The notes under the pieces: model-generated
What the model saw: the letters and a program-made list of their open reading frames with translations, nothing else
Told to the model about the DNA's origin: nothing
Databases searched by the model: none
In this document: in pieces, positions 9,458-19,021 of the stretch
Layout: each line of letters begins with the position of its first letter
Position numbering within the stretch: position 1 is the first letter of the stretch
Source: an uncultured delta proteobacterium
GTDB taxonomy: Bacteria > Desulfobacterota > Binatia > UBA9968
Direction: 5' to 3'
Assembly (NCBI GenBank): GCA_963760795.1
Contig: CAVXEP010000004.1
Span: forward strand, 230,233-294,232
DNA: 64,000 bases
Program-made: the position numbers and the translations under genes

Positions 9458-9779
9458 TTCACCACGAAGGCACGAAGGACACGAAGGTTCGGAAATTACT
9501 TTTGTTAACTTCGTGCGCTTCGTGTCCTTCTTAGAAATTACATGTGAGAGGATGATATGCACAATGAAGAGCGTCCGGGCTCCGTCATGCCGGCGCAGGC
9601 CGGCATCCAGACCCATCATCCACCTGGATACCGTTTTTCAACGGTATGACGGACTCTGTCCGTCACCTGGATTCCGCCTGCGCGGGAATGACGAATCGAA
9701 AAATGAAGCAACTTCTAGGAATGCGAACCATGTTCATGGTCTGTAGGCGAGCGTAAGCTCATGGACACTTCGTGGTGAA
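9458..9779 (+). mobile_element. Nested element copy 1: CACGAAG palindrome + 237-bp insert (9531-9767) + REP hairpins
   Basis: CTTC at 9527-9530 and 9768-9771; insert ends shared with copies at 30001 and 40520. Confidence 0.8.
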
Positions 9780-9810
9780 TAACGAATTTTCTTTAGACTA
9801 GGAAACAGCA

Positions 9811-10860
9811 GTGGCCAAAATCGATCACCAACAACTTCTAAGCTTCTGCAAACAACTCTTGGCCACCGGCGGCATGTCGCGCGACGACGCCGATCTGGTC
9901 GCTGAACTGCTGGTGCGCGGCGAGCTGCGCGGCTACGCCGGCCACGGCGTGCTTCGCGTCAATCCCTATTTGAATTGGATCAAAGACGGCACCTATCAGA
10001 TCAAAGACAAGCCGGCCATCGAGCGTGAAGGCAAGATCACCGCCATGGTCGACGGCAAACATTACATCGGTCAAGTCGCCGCCCACTTCGCCATGGAGCT
10101 GGCCATCGAGAAAGCGAATACCCATGGCGCCGGAATCGTCTGCTTGCGCCGCGCCGGCCATACCGGACGGCTCGCCGACTACATGGAGATGGCCACCGAC
10201 CGCGGCATGATCGGCATCGCCGCCGCCAGCGTCGGCTCGGCGGTCACCGCGCTCTACGGCGCCATGCAGCCGATCACCGGCACCAACCCGATCGCCTTCG
10301 GCATTCCGGCGCGCGGCGGCCGTCACATCATTCTCGATTTCGCCACCGCGTCCATGAGCATGGGCGAGATTCAGAAACGCATCCGCAACAAAGAAAAAAT
10401 TCCCGAGGGGGTCATGCTCGACGGCCACGGCAACCCGACCACCGATTTCAAAACCTTCCGCGGCCCGCCGCGCGGCGTGTTCCTGGCCTTTGGCGGCTAC
10501 AAAGGTTCGGGCTTGGCGCTGATCACCGAAGTCCTCGGCGGCCTGCTTTCCGGCAACGGCTTGGGCAAACAATACTGGGACAACCGCGCCCACGGCGTCA
10601 ACGGACTCTTTCTTCAGGCTATCGCGGTCGAAGAATTTCAGGAATTGGAAATCTTTTACGACAAAGTCGACGAACTCATCGCATTCATAAAATCGACGAA
10701 GTGCGCGCCGGGTTTTAGCGAAATCCTTTTGCCGGGAGAGTCGGGCAAGAAACGCGAAGCTCACAATCGCCAACATGGCGTCGAAGTCGAAGCAGGCACT
10801 TGGGCCAATCTCACCGAGCTTGCAGCAGAATTGAAAGTTGAAGTGCCAACACCGCTGTAA
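9811..10860 (+). CDS. Ldh_2 family (malate/L-lactate/ureidoglycolate dehydrogenase-like) oxidoreductase
   Basis: GHGVLR, GHTGRLADY, GTNPIAFGIP, GGYKGSGL. Confidence 0.92.
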   Translation: MAKIDHQQLLSFCKQLLATGGMSRDDADLVAELLVRGELRGYAGHGVLRVNPYLNWIKDGTYQIKDKPAIEREGKITAMVDGKHYIGQVAAHFAMELAIEKANTHGAGIVCLRRAGHTGRLADYMEMATDRGMIGIAAASVGSAVTALYGAMQPITGTNPIAFGIPARGGRHIILDFATASMSMGEIQKRIRNKEKIPEGVMLDGHGNPTTDFKTFRGPPRGVFLAFGGYKGSGLALITEVLGGLLSGNGLGKQYWDNRAHGVNGLFLQAIAVEEFQELEIFYDKVDELIAFIKSTKCAPGFSEILLPGESGKKREAHNRQHGVEVEAGTWANLTELAAELKVEVPTPL

Positions 10861-10865
10861 ATGAA

Positions 10866-10968
10866 TTTGTAATCTTCAGCCAACTATGGCATGGTCCGAC
10901 CGTCAGAAGAAACAATTTTAATCACAACGCCGACTATGGCATGGTCCCACCGTAGGGACGAAAAATTG
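10866..10968 (+). repeat. Imperfect 50-bp-period tandem duplication
   Basis: GCCAACTATGGCATGGTCCGACCGT (10879) and GCCGACTATGGCATGGTCCCACCGT (10929). Confidence 0.8.
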
Positions 10969-11005
10969 CTCGCCTACACTATCGGAACACAGAGGAGGAA
11001 CGCAT

Positions 11006-11827
11006 ATGGTTATCCGAGAACTCAAAGACGGCCGTTCGTATGTCAGCCTGCAAGAAGATCACGCTGAACTAGCGGCGCAGTTCGCCGCCCACTGGGGCAA
11101 CAGTCGTTTCTCCAAACTGCGCCCCTACGACACCATGGTGTTCGCGACCACCTATCACGACAGCGGCTACCGCGAATTCGAAGGCAACCCGCCGATGAAT
11201 GTCGAAAAAGGCCGCCCCTACGCCCACCGCGAAGAGGTGCCCAACTTCGAAGCGACGGAGCTCAAAGCGTATTCGAAGAATGTCGAATGGCTGCACGCGC
11301 AGGATCCCTACGCGGCTTTGATCGTTTCCATGCACCGCACCGGCTTGTGGCACAACCGCTACAATATTTTGACGGAACCAGCGGGACGCGTGCGCGAGCG
11401 CAGCGCAGCGGTCAAGGACGCCAAAATCAAGATGGAGAGCCAGCAAGCCGAGATCAAGCGCAAACTGATGGAATTAGAGCCGGGATTCGAGAACGAGCTC
11501 GCCTACAACTACATGGTGCTGCAAGTGTTCGATTTGTTGTCGCTGTACTTCTGTTGCGACGGCTACGCCAACGAAAATGAATTCAAGGAATATAAAATCG
11601 CTCCCGTGCGGGTTTCCTACGACAGCGATGATACCGTAACGTTAACGATCAAACCCAATGGCCCCGGCTCGGTGATCTTCGATCCCTACCCCTGGGACAT
11701 CAGCCCGCTCAAAGTCTCCGCCCGCGCCCGCATCGTCGCCCCGCCGGCGGAAAAAACCGAAGCCGCCTGCGCCGAAGCGTATCATAAGGCGGCGCGGCAA
11801 CTGCTGACGTTCGAACTATCGGCGTAG
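11006..11827 (+). CDS. DUF3891-like protein
   Basis: QEDHAELAAQFAAHWGN, HDSGY, DPYAALIVSMH, FDLLSLYFC; strong RBS. Confidence 0.8.
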   Translation: MVIRELKDGRSYVSLQEDHAELAAQFAAHWGNSRFSKLRPYDTMVFATTYHDSGYREFEGNPPMNVEKGRPYAHREEVPNFEATELKAYSKNVEWLHAQDPYAALIVSMHRTGLWHNRYNILTEPAGRVRERSAAVKDAKIKMESQQAEIKRKLMELEPGFENELAYNYMVLQVFDLLSLYFCCDGYANENEFKEYKIAPVRVSYDSDDTVTLTIKPNGPGSVIFDPYPWDISPLKVSARARIVAPPAEKTEAACAEAYHKAARQLLTFELSA

Positions 11828-11841
11828 TATTTGAAATCGAT

Positions 11842-11898
11842 TGTAGGGGCAGGCCCCCTGCCTGCCCTTTCGGAGGGCAACCACAGGGGGTTGTCTCT
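11842..11898. repeat. GTAG-type REP doublet
   Basis: GTAGGGGCAGGCCCCCTGCCTGCCC ... GGGCAACCACAGGGGGTTGTC. Confidence 0.7.
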
Positions 11899-12059
11899 CC
11901 CGAATGAACGCCAGTTAGAATGCCGATATCTCCAACGCCTTCGCGCCCAGTTGCTGCAGCAAACCTGACCGCGATTGATGGACTGTTATTTCCCAGGCGA
12001 CATTACTGGCTCGCTTATTCGCCACGGTTTAGCCGCATGTCGTTAGGCCGTTTCACACC

Positions 12060-12440
12060 ATGCGAACATTCCAAAATGTCCTCGTCATTATGAGCTTCCT
12101 CTCATTTCTCTTCGGCGGGTGCGGCAAGAAGTCTGCTTCACAGAGTCCAGTGAGTGGTGACGAGCCCGTCTTGAAGTTAGCGGTTTTTGCAGATGGCCGA
12201 CTCACAGTGAACGGCACAGCATCCACGATTGAGGCAGTCCGAGCGTCTTTGCGAGGTTTGAGCGAGAGAAAGGGAGTCGTCTGGTACTATCGTGAGGAAG
12301 CACAGCAAGAGCCGCCACCGATTACGATGGAGGTGATGCAGGCAGTCATTGAGGCGCAGCTACCGATTCGTCTTTCGAGCCTTCCAGATTACTCTGATGC
12401 CGTTGGTGCGGACGGCAAACCAACAACGAGGCGAGTATGA
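12060..12440 (+). CDS. Integron-cassette hypothetical protein, possibly a lipoprotein with an ExbD/TolR-like domain
   Basis: Lies between GTTAGGC and attC; FLFGGC; LAVFADGRLTVNG. Confidence 0.7.
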   Translation: MRTFQNVLVIMSFLSFLFGGCGKKSASQSPVSGDEPVLKLAVFADGRLTVNGTASTIEAVRASLRGLSERKGVVWYYREEAQQEPPPITMEVMQAVIEAQLPIRLSSLPDYSDAVGADGKPTTRRV

Positions 12441-12450
12441 GCGAGACGCG

Positions 12451-12537
12451 GCCTAACCATGCGCTGCAAAGAACGGCGGCATCGCGCTGCTGTTCCGATT
12501 GGCGCGTCTCGTGGCCGCCGTCCCTGAGCTTGGGTCG
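12451..12537 (+). mobile_element. attC recombination site of a solitary gene cassette (cassette 12043-12537)
   Basis: R'' GCCTAAC is complementary to GTTAGGC at 12042-12048; L boxes GCGCTGCA / CTGAGC; inner stem ACGGCGGC/GCCGCCGT. Confidence 0.8.
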
Positions 12538-12634
12538 TAACTCGGCGTCGAAACTTCCGCTTTCATCCGCGATCTCGACCCATCATGGCCACGGTTTTCC
12601 CAAACAGTATGCCGCCGTTTGCCTACCAAACCCC

Positions 12635-13828
12635 CTAACCTAGCAACTCCAACGCCGTCGCTGCATAAATCCGCGCGGCGTCGCGCACTTCCTGCACCGA
12701 CACAACTTCCTCATCGGTGTGGGCAAAGCGCAGATCGCCGGGCCCGAACATGATTGTCTCAATTCCGCGCTGATTGAGATAACCAGCGTCCAATGCCGCA
12801 GGCGAATAGAAGAGTTCGCCGTCTTGTCCGTTCAATGCCCGACTAGCGCGGCGCAGGGCTGCTGCAACGGCACAATCGGCGTCAACCTCGGACGGGTACA
12901 TAAACGCGCCGCGTGTGACTTCGACCGACCACGGCGGCAAATCCGCCACGGCATCTTGAATGCCTCGTAATGCGGTGTCTGGATTGTCGCCCGGCAACAG
13001 CCGCCGGTCGAAAGTGATCCGGCAAGTGTCCGGCACCGTGTGGCTGATCTCGGGGGCGCTCTTGATCTGCGTCACCGTCAATGTGGCTTTGCCAAGGCCA
13101 GCGTGTTCATTGCCAAGCGCGAGGCGATCGAGCCGCTCCAACACCTTGCGCGCGCCGTCGACGGCGTTGATGCCGTCCGAGGGCATGCTGCTATGCGCTG
13201 ACCTCCCGCGCACGGTGATCTCCACATCGATCCGGCCTTTGTTGCCGATGCATATGCGATTGGCCGTTCCCAAACCGATGACACCGGCTTTAGCGGTAAT
13301 TCGATTATTCTCAAGAATAAATTTAGCTGCGTCGTGACGGCCAGTCTCGCCGGCCAAGCTGACGGCGAGATACAACGGCGCGCGGAGCTTCACCTGTGAT
13401 CGAGCGACAATCGCACTTGCATACATCATCGCCGCCAACGCGCCCTTCTGCTCGCAGGCGCCGCGGCCCGCCGCACAGGAGCCGGCAATGCCAAACTGCG
13501 CACCATCGACGATCGCGCCCGAGAACGGCTCTTTCATGCCGCCCGCCGGAAACGTCATGGCGTAGCCCATGAGCAGCAAACCCGCTTCGCTGGCATTCGC
13601 ACCTGACTGCCACAACAAATTCCCCATGCCGTCGAGCGCCGCTGCGCTTCCCGTCAGCGTTTCCAACCGCGGCGCGACGAAGTCGGCGACAAACTTTTTT
13701 AGATTGGGATCGGCTTCCTGAAGTCCCGTCTGAGGCGACGGCGCGCGGAGCAGGTCGACGAGCAGACTGTCGATCTCGGCATCATTGGCATACTGATTGA
13801 CGATCTTGATCGCTTCTTCAGGAGTCAT
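12635..13828 (-). CDS. M20 family metallopeptidase/deacylase (ArgE/DapE-like)
   Basis: GRGACEQKG, GRSAHSS, GPGDLRFAHTDEE; first metal motif divergent (GYAMT). Confidence 0.85.
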   Translation of the reverse strand: MTPEEAIKIVNQYANDAEIDSLLVDLLRAPSPQTGLQEADPNLKKFVADFVAPRLETLTGSAAALDGMGNLLWQSGANASEAGLLLMGYAMTFPAGGMKEPFSGAIVDGAQFGIAGSCAAGRGACEQKGALAAMMYASAIVARSQVKLRAPLYLAVSLAGETGRHDAAKFILENNRITAKAGVIGLGTANRICIGNKGRIDVEITVRGRSAHSSMPSDGINAVDGARKVLERLDRLALGNEHAGLGKATLTVTQIKSAPEISHTVPDTCRITFDRRLLPGDNPDTALRGIQDAVADLPPWSVEVTRGAFMYPSEVDADCAVAAALRRASRALNGQDGELFYSPAALDAGYLNQRGIETIMFGPGDLRFAHTDEEVVSVQEVRDAARIYAATALELLG

Positions 13829-13882
13829 GTGGAGGAAACTACCCAGAGCAATATCAATTGTTGGCGGAGACTAAACTCCAAT

Positions 13883-13968
13883 CCGTCATACCGGCGCAGG
13901 CCGGTATCCAGCGTTTCTGCCGCTGAATCACGTACGAAGATGGATGCCGGTCTTCACCGGCATGACGA
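13883..13968. repeat. GTCAT-type REP doublet
   Basis: CCGTCATACCGGCGCAGGCCGGTATCCAG ... TGGATGCCGGTCTTCACCGGCATGACG. Confidence 0.8.
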
Positions 13969-14013
13969 ACACAGGAGACTCTCGTCTCGCGAGTATGCGA
14001 AAAATACCTGTAC

Positions 14014-15231
14014 TCACCACGCCGCCTCCAGCACCTCCAGCACCTGTTCCGCGCTACGCACCGGTTTGGGATTGGTGTGTATGCTGTAATCGCCCAGCGT
14101 ATCCACCGACAACTGCTGCAAGCCATCGCGCGGCACGCCGAGATCGCGCAGTTTGAGCGGCAAGCCCATTTTTTGATTCATGCCGTAGACATATTCCGGC
14201 ACGGCGGCGGCCAATTCTTTTTCGTTCGCGGCTTCGATGCCGATCTCCCGCGCCATTCGCAGATAATGGCGCTGCACCACGTCCAAATTCCAGCGCATGC
14301 CATAGGGCAACATCAAGGCATGAATCTCCGCGTGCGGCGCTTTGTAGCGCCCGCCGATGACGTGGACGATGGCGTGATGGATGCCGGTCCAGGCGCTATA
14401 AACACCCATGCCGGACAAACACGCCGCCACTTGGACCTGACTGAGCGCTTCAAGATCAGCGGAATCCGCAACCGCCCGCGGCAGATAACGCGCGATCAAA
14501 CCGATACCAGTGAGACAATAAGCCTCCGTCAAGGGTTGCGTCTCCGTGGAGTAGACCGCTTCGACGCAGTGCGCCAGCGCATTCATGCCCGACGCCGCCA
14601 GCAAACGGCCGGGCGCCGTCGCTGCCGCTTCGGGATCGAGCAGCACTGTCTTTGGCGCCAGCTTGGGATCGGCGACGATAAATTTCTTGCCGCCCTGGGT
14701 AATGCCGGCGGAATAACTGTACTCGCCGCCGGAGAGAGTGGTCGGAATCGCGATGTGAGGAATTTTCGGCGCCGGCATGGGCGTCACTTCTTTTTTGTTC
14801 GGCGGCGTGAACCGCACACCGAAACGCGGCAGCGATCCGCCCTCGGCCAACAGCGCCGCCACGCCCTTACCGGTGTCGATGGCGCTGCCACCGCCGACGC
14901 TGACCAGAATGTCGATCTTCGCATCCCGCGCCAACTCCACCGCCTTTTCGATCGACTCCGTCGGCGAATGCGGCTTCACCTGGTCGAACACCGCCACGCA
15001 TTTACCGCCGAGCCCAGCTTTAACTTTGTCCAAGAGAAAGGTCTTCGCCACCGACGGCGATATGAGTACAAGGACACGCGTGCCGCCCAGCCGCTCGACT
15101 TCCTCGGCCAACTTGCCCAACGAGCCCGGCCCCGATATCACCCGCTCGACATGGGGATTGTTGAAAGTAAAATTTGTACCCGTCATCCCGCCTCTCACCG
15201 ATCGCTGAGGCCGCGAATTTCCGTTCGCCAC
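14014..15231 (-). CDS. Iron-containing alcohol dehydrogenase family, maleylacetate reductase-like
   Basis: GGGSAIDTGK, PTTLSGGE, GMNALAHCVE, HHAIVHVIGG; start may be 15185. Confidence 0.9.
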   Translation of the reverse strand: MANGNSRPQRSVRGGMTGTNFTFNNPHVERVISGPGSLGKLAEEVERLGGTRVLVLISPSVAKTFLLDKVKAGLGGKCVAVFDQVKPHSPTESIEKAVELARDAKIDILVSVGGGSAIDTGKGVAALLAEGGSLPRFGVRFTPPNKKEVTPMPAPKIPHIAIPTTLSGGEYSYSAGITQGGKKFIVADPKLAPKTVLLDPEAAATAPGRLLAASGMNALAHCVEAVYSTETQPLTEAYCLTGIGLIARYLPRAVADSADLEALSQVQVAACLSGMGVYSAWTGIHHAIVHVIGGRYKAPHAEIHALMLPYGMRWNLDVVQRHYLRMAREIGIEAANEKELAAAVPEYVYGMNQKMGLPLKLRDLGVPRDGLQQLSVDTLGDYSIHTNPKPVRSAEQVLEVLEAAW

Positions 15232-15285
15232 GAATGCACGATTCTTTTATTGCGCCCTTTGCGTTCTTTGCGGCTAAATCTCAAA

Positions 15286-15924
15286 TCACTCGTCGTAAAT
15301 CTCCACCCGCATAGCCTGCCCGCGGCCCGACTCCGGACAAGCGCTGGCGGCCACCAGCAAATCCATCTCGGCGCGAAAGTCGACATGAGCTTCATCCTTG
15401 GGCCGGACCATGGTGTCGTACATCACGCCGGTGTCGGGGTCGATGCGCATGCACTGAAAAATATTGAACGGGCTCGGCACATCGTCCGGCGTAATATTCC
15501 ACGGCTTAACCGCCCCGCTCAAATTCTCCCAACAACCATGAGCCGGAATCTCCTCCGCCGTCTTGGGATTGATATCGACGCCTTCGACGAACACCCGTTT
15601 CGACTGGCCCTGCGCCACCATTTCGAAACGCTTACGGCTGCACATGCCCTTCTGCAAGTCATGGCGCCCTTCGGTAAACGTGTCTGCAACGATGGTCATC
15701 ATCGGAGTGTTTCTTTTCGAATAGAGAACATCGCCGGTGCTGATAAAGATCTTCACCTGGTTGGTCTTGGTTCGCGCCTGATCAAAGCGCTCGGTCAAAT
15801 CGCGCAGATTGAACGCGACGAAATCGACGATGCTCCGCCCCGCGACCCGTATCCGCTGCCCCTTCAATACTTCAAACGCCGCGCCCGAGTTTTTCGCCAC
15901 GACCTGACTCTTCAAGATAGACAT
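15286..15924 (-). CDS. DUF1989 / urea carboxylase-associated family protein
   Basis: DFVAFN, HDLQKGMCS, HGCWENL, PSPFNIF, SACPE. Confidence 0.9.
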   Translation of the reverse strand: MSILKSQVVAKNSGAAFEVLKGQRIRVAGRSIVDFVAFNLRDLTERFDQARTKTNQVKIFISTGDVLYSKRNTPMMTIVADTFTEGRHDLQKGMCSRKRFEMVAQGQSKRVFVEGVDINPKTAEEIPAHGCWENLSGAVKPWNITPDDVPSPFNIFQCMRIDPDTGVMYDTMVRPKDEAHVDFRAEMDLLVAASACPESGRGQAMRVEIYDE

Positions 15925-15979
15925 CGATGATCCTCTTGCTCACTCGAAAGTATGCGCAATTAGACTGCGACATGATCAT

Positions 15980-16090
15980 GGAGCAAATAGAGTGATGGAG
16001 TACTGGAGTGTTGGAGTAATGGAGAAGACGCGGCCTCGCCACTATCCATCATCCATCCTCGATCCTCGACCATCACTCCATTCTTCTCCT
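15980..16090. repeat. 8-bp-periodic GGAGTANT palindromic element
   Basis: GAGTGATGGAGTACTGGAGTGTTGGAGTAATGGA ... ATCACTCCATTCTTCTCC. Confidence 0.7.
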
Positions 16091-16091
16091 C

Positions 16092-17607
16092 TCATTTCAC
16101 CTTCATATTCCACCCGAAGATCCGCTCGCTCGGCAGCGGCCGGTAGTCGATGTTCTTCGCCATGCCGAAGAGCAACTGATGGCGCCAGAGGAAATGCGCC
16201 GGGGCTTCGTCGGTAATGACGCTCATCACCTCGGCCAGGGCTTTCTTGCGCTTGGCCGGGATCGAAGGTTTGCCGTTCCTGCTTCAACAACTCGTCGACC
16301 TTGGGATTCGAGTAGCCGATGCGCGGCGAGCCGCCGGTTTCGAAATACTGCGCCAACGCCGCGCTGGGGTCGACCACACCGCCGCGGCCCATGTAGTAAA
16401 AGGGCACCTTGCCGACTTGCACATTGGCCCATAGCGTAGCCCACTCGGGCGTTGCCAGCTTGGCGCGAAATCCTCCGGCATTGAGCATCGGAATCATCGC
16501 TTCGCTCAACTGTTTGTCCAGAGTATAGCGGCCCACCGGAGTTTGCAGTTCGACGTCGACGCCGTTGGGGTAGCCGGCTTGTTTCAAAAGTTCTTTGGCC
16601 TTCTCCGGATTGTACGCATACTTCGGTTGGAGTTTGGGATCGTAGCCGTATTGGCCCTCGCCGATCGGACCATCGAGGCGCGACGCCTCGCCGCGCAATA
16701 TTGTCTTGATAATCGTATCACGGTCGATGGCGTAGGCGACCGCTTGGCGCACCAGCTTATTATCCCACGGTTTCACTTTCGGCATCATGCCTAAAAACAT
16801 AATCTCAGCGGAGTGAAACTTGACGATCTTGTGGTTGGCGCTACGCTCGACCCGCTCGCGCAGATGCGGCGGCACGAATTGGGCGATCTGGATTTCATTG
16901 TTCAGCAGCGCTGTCACCCGCTGCTCCGGTTCGCGCATGATGCGAAAAACGATTTCATCGGGCGCCTGCGGATACTGTTTCCACATCGGATGGGATTTGT
17001 CTTTGCCGATCACCAGACGCTGCCCGGGGATCAACTCGCGGAATTTGTACGGTCCGGCGCCGAAGGGATACTGCTTGTCGGCCACTTCCGCGCCATGCTT
17101 GTCGTAGAGTTGCTTGCTGGTGACGATGATCCGGTCGAAGAGATAATCGAGCAACGGCGCCGTCGGAATTTTCGTCGTGACTTGAACGGTGTAGTCGTTG
17201 AGCGCCTTCTCGCTCGCCACCGCCGATATGTTCTGCGTCTGCTTACTCTGCGGGTCGCTGCGCGTCCGGCCCATGGAGTGAACGATGTCGTGGGCGGTCA
17301 CCGGGGTGCCGTTGTGAAACTTGAGCCCCTTGCGCACATGAAACAACCAGTTGTTGGGATCCTTGACTTCCCAGCGCTCCAGCACCAAGCCGACATGCTG
17401 GCTTTTGTCGAAATCATAGGTACCGAGACAGCCCAGCACCTGGCACCAGACGCTGTACATCAACGAAACGCTGTCGGCGTAAGGATTAAAAGTGTCCATG
17501 GTCTCGGTCACACCGATGGAGATGCGCGTCTCCGCCGCGCCGGAATGGCGCAGCGTCGCACCAGTACACACGCTCACAAGCAGCAATCCCAATAAGAGCC
17601 GTTTCAT
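16092..17607 (-). CDS. ABC transporter SBP family 5 (peptide/nickel), frameshift near 16258
   Basis: GLKFHNGTPVTAHD, GAGPYKF, VRQAVAYAIDR; the shifted frame continues AKRKKALAEVMSVITDEAP...NMKVK*. Confidence 0.9.
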
Positions 17608-17670
17608 AATCTATCCTCCATGGCGATTATCGACGTTCGCACCGCCAATTTCCAAATCCATCCTCGATTA

Positions 17671-17710
17671 CATCCCAACACTCCATTACTCCAACACTCC
17701 ATCGCTCCAG
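17671..17710. repeat. 8-bp-periodic ACTCCA arm
   Basis: CCAACACTCCATTACTCCAACACTCCATCGCTCCA; 20-bp exact reverse complement of part of 15990-16024. Confidence 0.75.
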
Positions 17711-17711
17711 T

Positions 17712-18699
17712 TCATTTCCACAGCTGTTTATAAAACCCTTGACTATCCAACTCGCGCACATACTTGTCGTCGTAAAAACTTTCCGGCTTGGCTTCCTTCG
17801 CCTTGGGATTGCGCACCGCCGCTTGATTTAAAACTTCCTGCACCGCCTCGCGCGAGTTGTAGGGAATCTTTTCGATGTAATCGATGGCGTATTGATAGAC
17901 CACATCGACGATTTTCGCATCGCTGGTGCGCGCGTACTTGCGCACCGCGCGCTTGCCCGCCGCCGGATCGGTGAACAAGCGGTGCACCCCTTCGGAATAG
18001 GCCCGGGTCGCCCTACGGACAAAATCTTCATTGCCGTTGATGAACGTGCGGCGCGCCATCAAGGCATCGTGCGGGAAATAGACACCGGCGGTGCCCATGT
18101 TGAGCAGCGAGCGGGCACCGGTCTCCTGCGCCCGTAGATTGGCCGGGCTTGAGAACGGCGCCGCAAAGATCGCCTTGGTCTTGAGCATCGCCGCGGCCGC
18201 GTTCAAATCGCCGGCCTGGATCATCGTCACGTCACGGTCGGGATTCAGGCCATGCTTGCGCAGAAGATAACGCATGGTGAAGTCGGTGGACGAACCGAAA
18301 CGCGTCACCCCCACCGGCTTGCCGCGCAGGTCTTCGATAGTCTTGATCTCCGGCAGCGCCATGATGTAGAACGCCGGCACTTTAGCCAACACGCCGAGCA
18401 TGACCATATCCGCGCCGGAGAGATTGGCATCGACAGCCGCATTGCCGCCCGCCGCCGCGAACGGCACATCGCCGCCGAGCATGGCTTGCACCATCTTCGA
18501 CGCCGAAGTGACCAACAGCAGCTCAGCCTGAATATTATGCTTGTCGAAAATCCCGGCGTCTTCCGCGACCCAAAGCCCGGCTTTGATACCGGTGATCGCC
18601 GTGTAGCCGATGATCAGTCGATCCTTGGCAAAGGACCGCTCAGTCAACAATCCCAATAAGAAGCGCAAACACAAAAACACCGACAGACTTAGCTTTCAT
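17712..18699 (-). CDS. ABC transporter SBP, NitT/TauT family (frameshift in signal peptide near 18655)
   Basis: AAGGAG RBS + ATG 18699 (MKAKSVGVFVFALL); body DLRGKPVGVTRFGSSTDF. Confidence 0.88.
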
Positions 18700-18840
18700 G
18701 CCATCTCCTTATTCGATCACGAATTTAGCTATACTTTATGATGCGCTACTGTCAATCAGGGGCGAGTGACGCAACCAGAAAAGAATCACCAGCGGAGTGG
18801 TAGCCGCGAAGAATGCAACAAATCTTGAGGGACAGTCCGA

Positions 18841-18866
18841 CGTAGGGGCGTATTGAGATACGCCCT
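18841..18866. repeat. GTAG-type REP
   Basis: CGTAGGGGCGTATTGAGATACGCCCT. Confidence 0.6.
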
Positions 18867-19021
18867 GGAGTGGCGGAGTAGCGGTCTGGCAGGTAGAGGA
18901 GATAACCGCAAATCGACGGTTACAGCTCACTCGATCGCGAGCGTACGATCTTTCAGTGGCGCCGAGTTTGGTCAGGACTGACTGATTGGCTTTCAACGCC
19001 TTGCGTCATCGATCCATGTTT

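Noticed and set aside
9513-9746. Small ORFs in the nested elements (also 29967-30194 and 40392-40724)
   Set aside because: Starts, frames and lengths are not conserved among the copies; they are repeat-derived
10866-10968. Possible mini-CRISPR
   Set aside because: Only two units, the 'spacer' is itself partly duplicated, and there are no cas genes
11930-12048. Second attC or attI upstream of the cassette
   Set aside because: Ends in GTTAGGC, but no convincing RYYYAAC or L-box pairing could be identified by eye
12437-12643. 68-aa ORF MSETRPNHALQRT
   Set aside because: Translation of the attC site itself
14077-15930. 617-aa plus-strand ORF and other long antisense ORFs (e.g. 31041-32177, 9838-10776, 42428-43345)
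   Set aside because: Shadow frames of well-supported genes on the opposite strand in GC-rich DNA; no recognisable motifs
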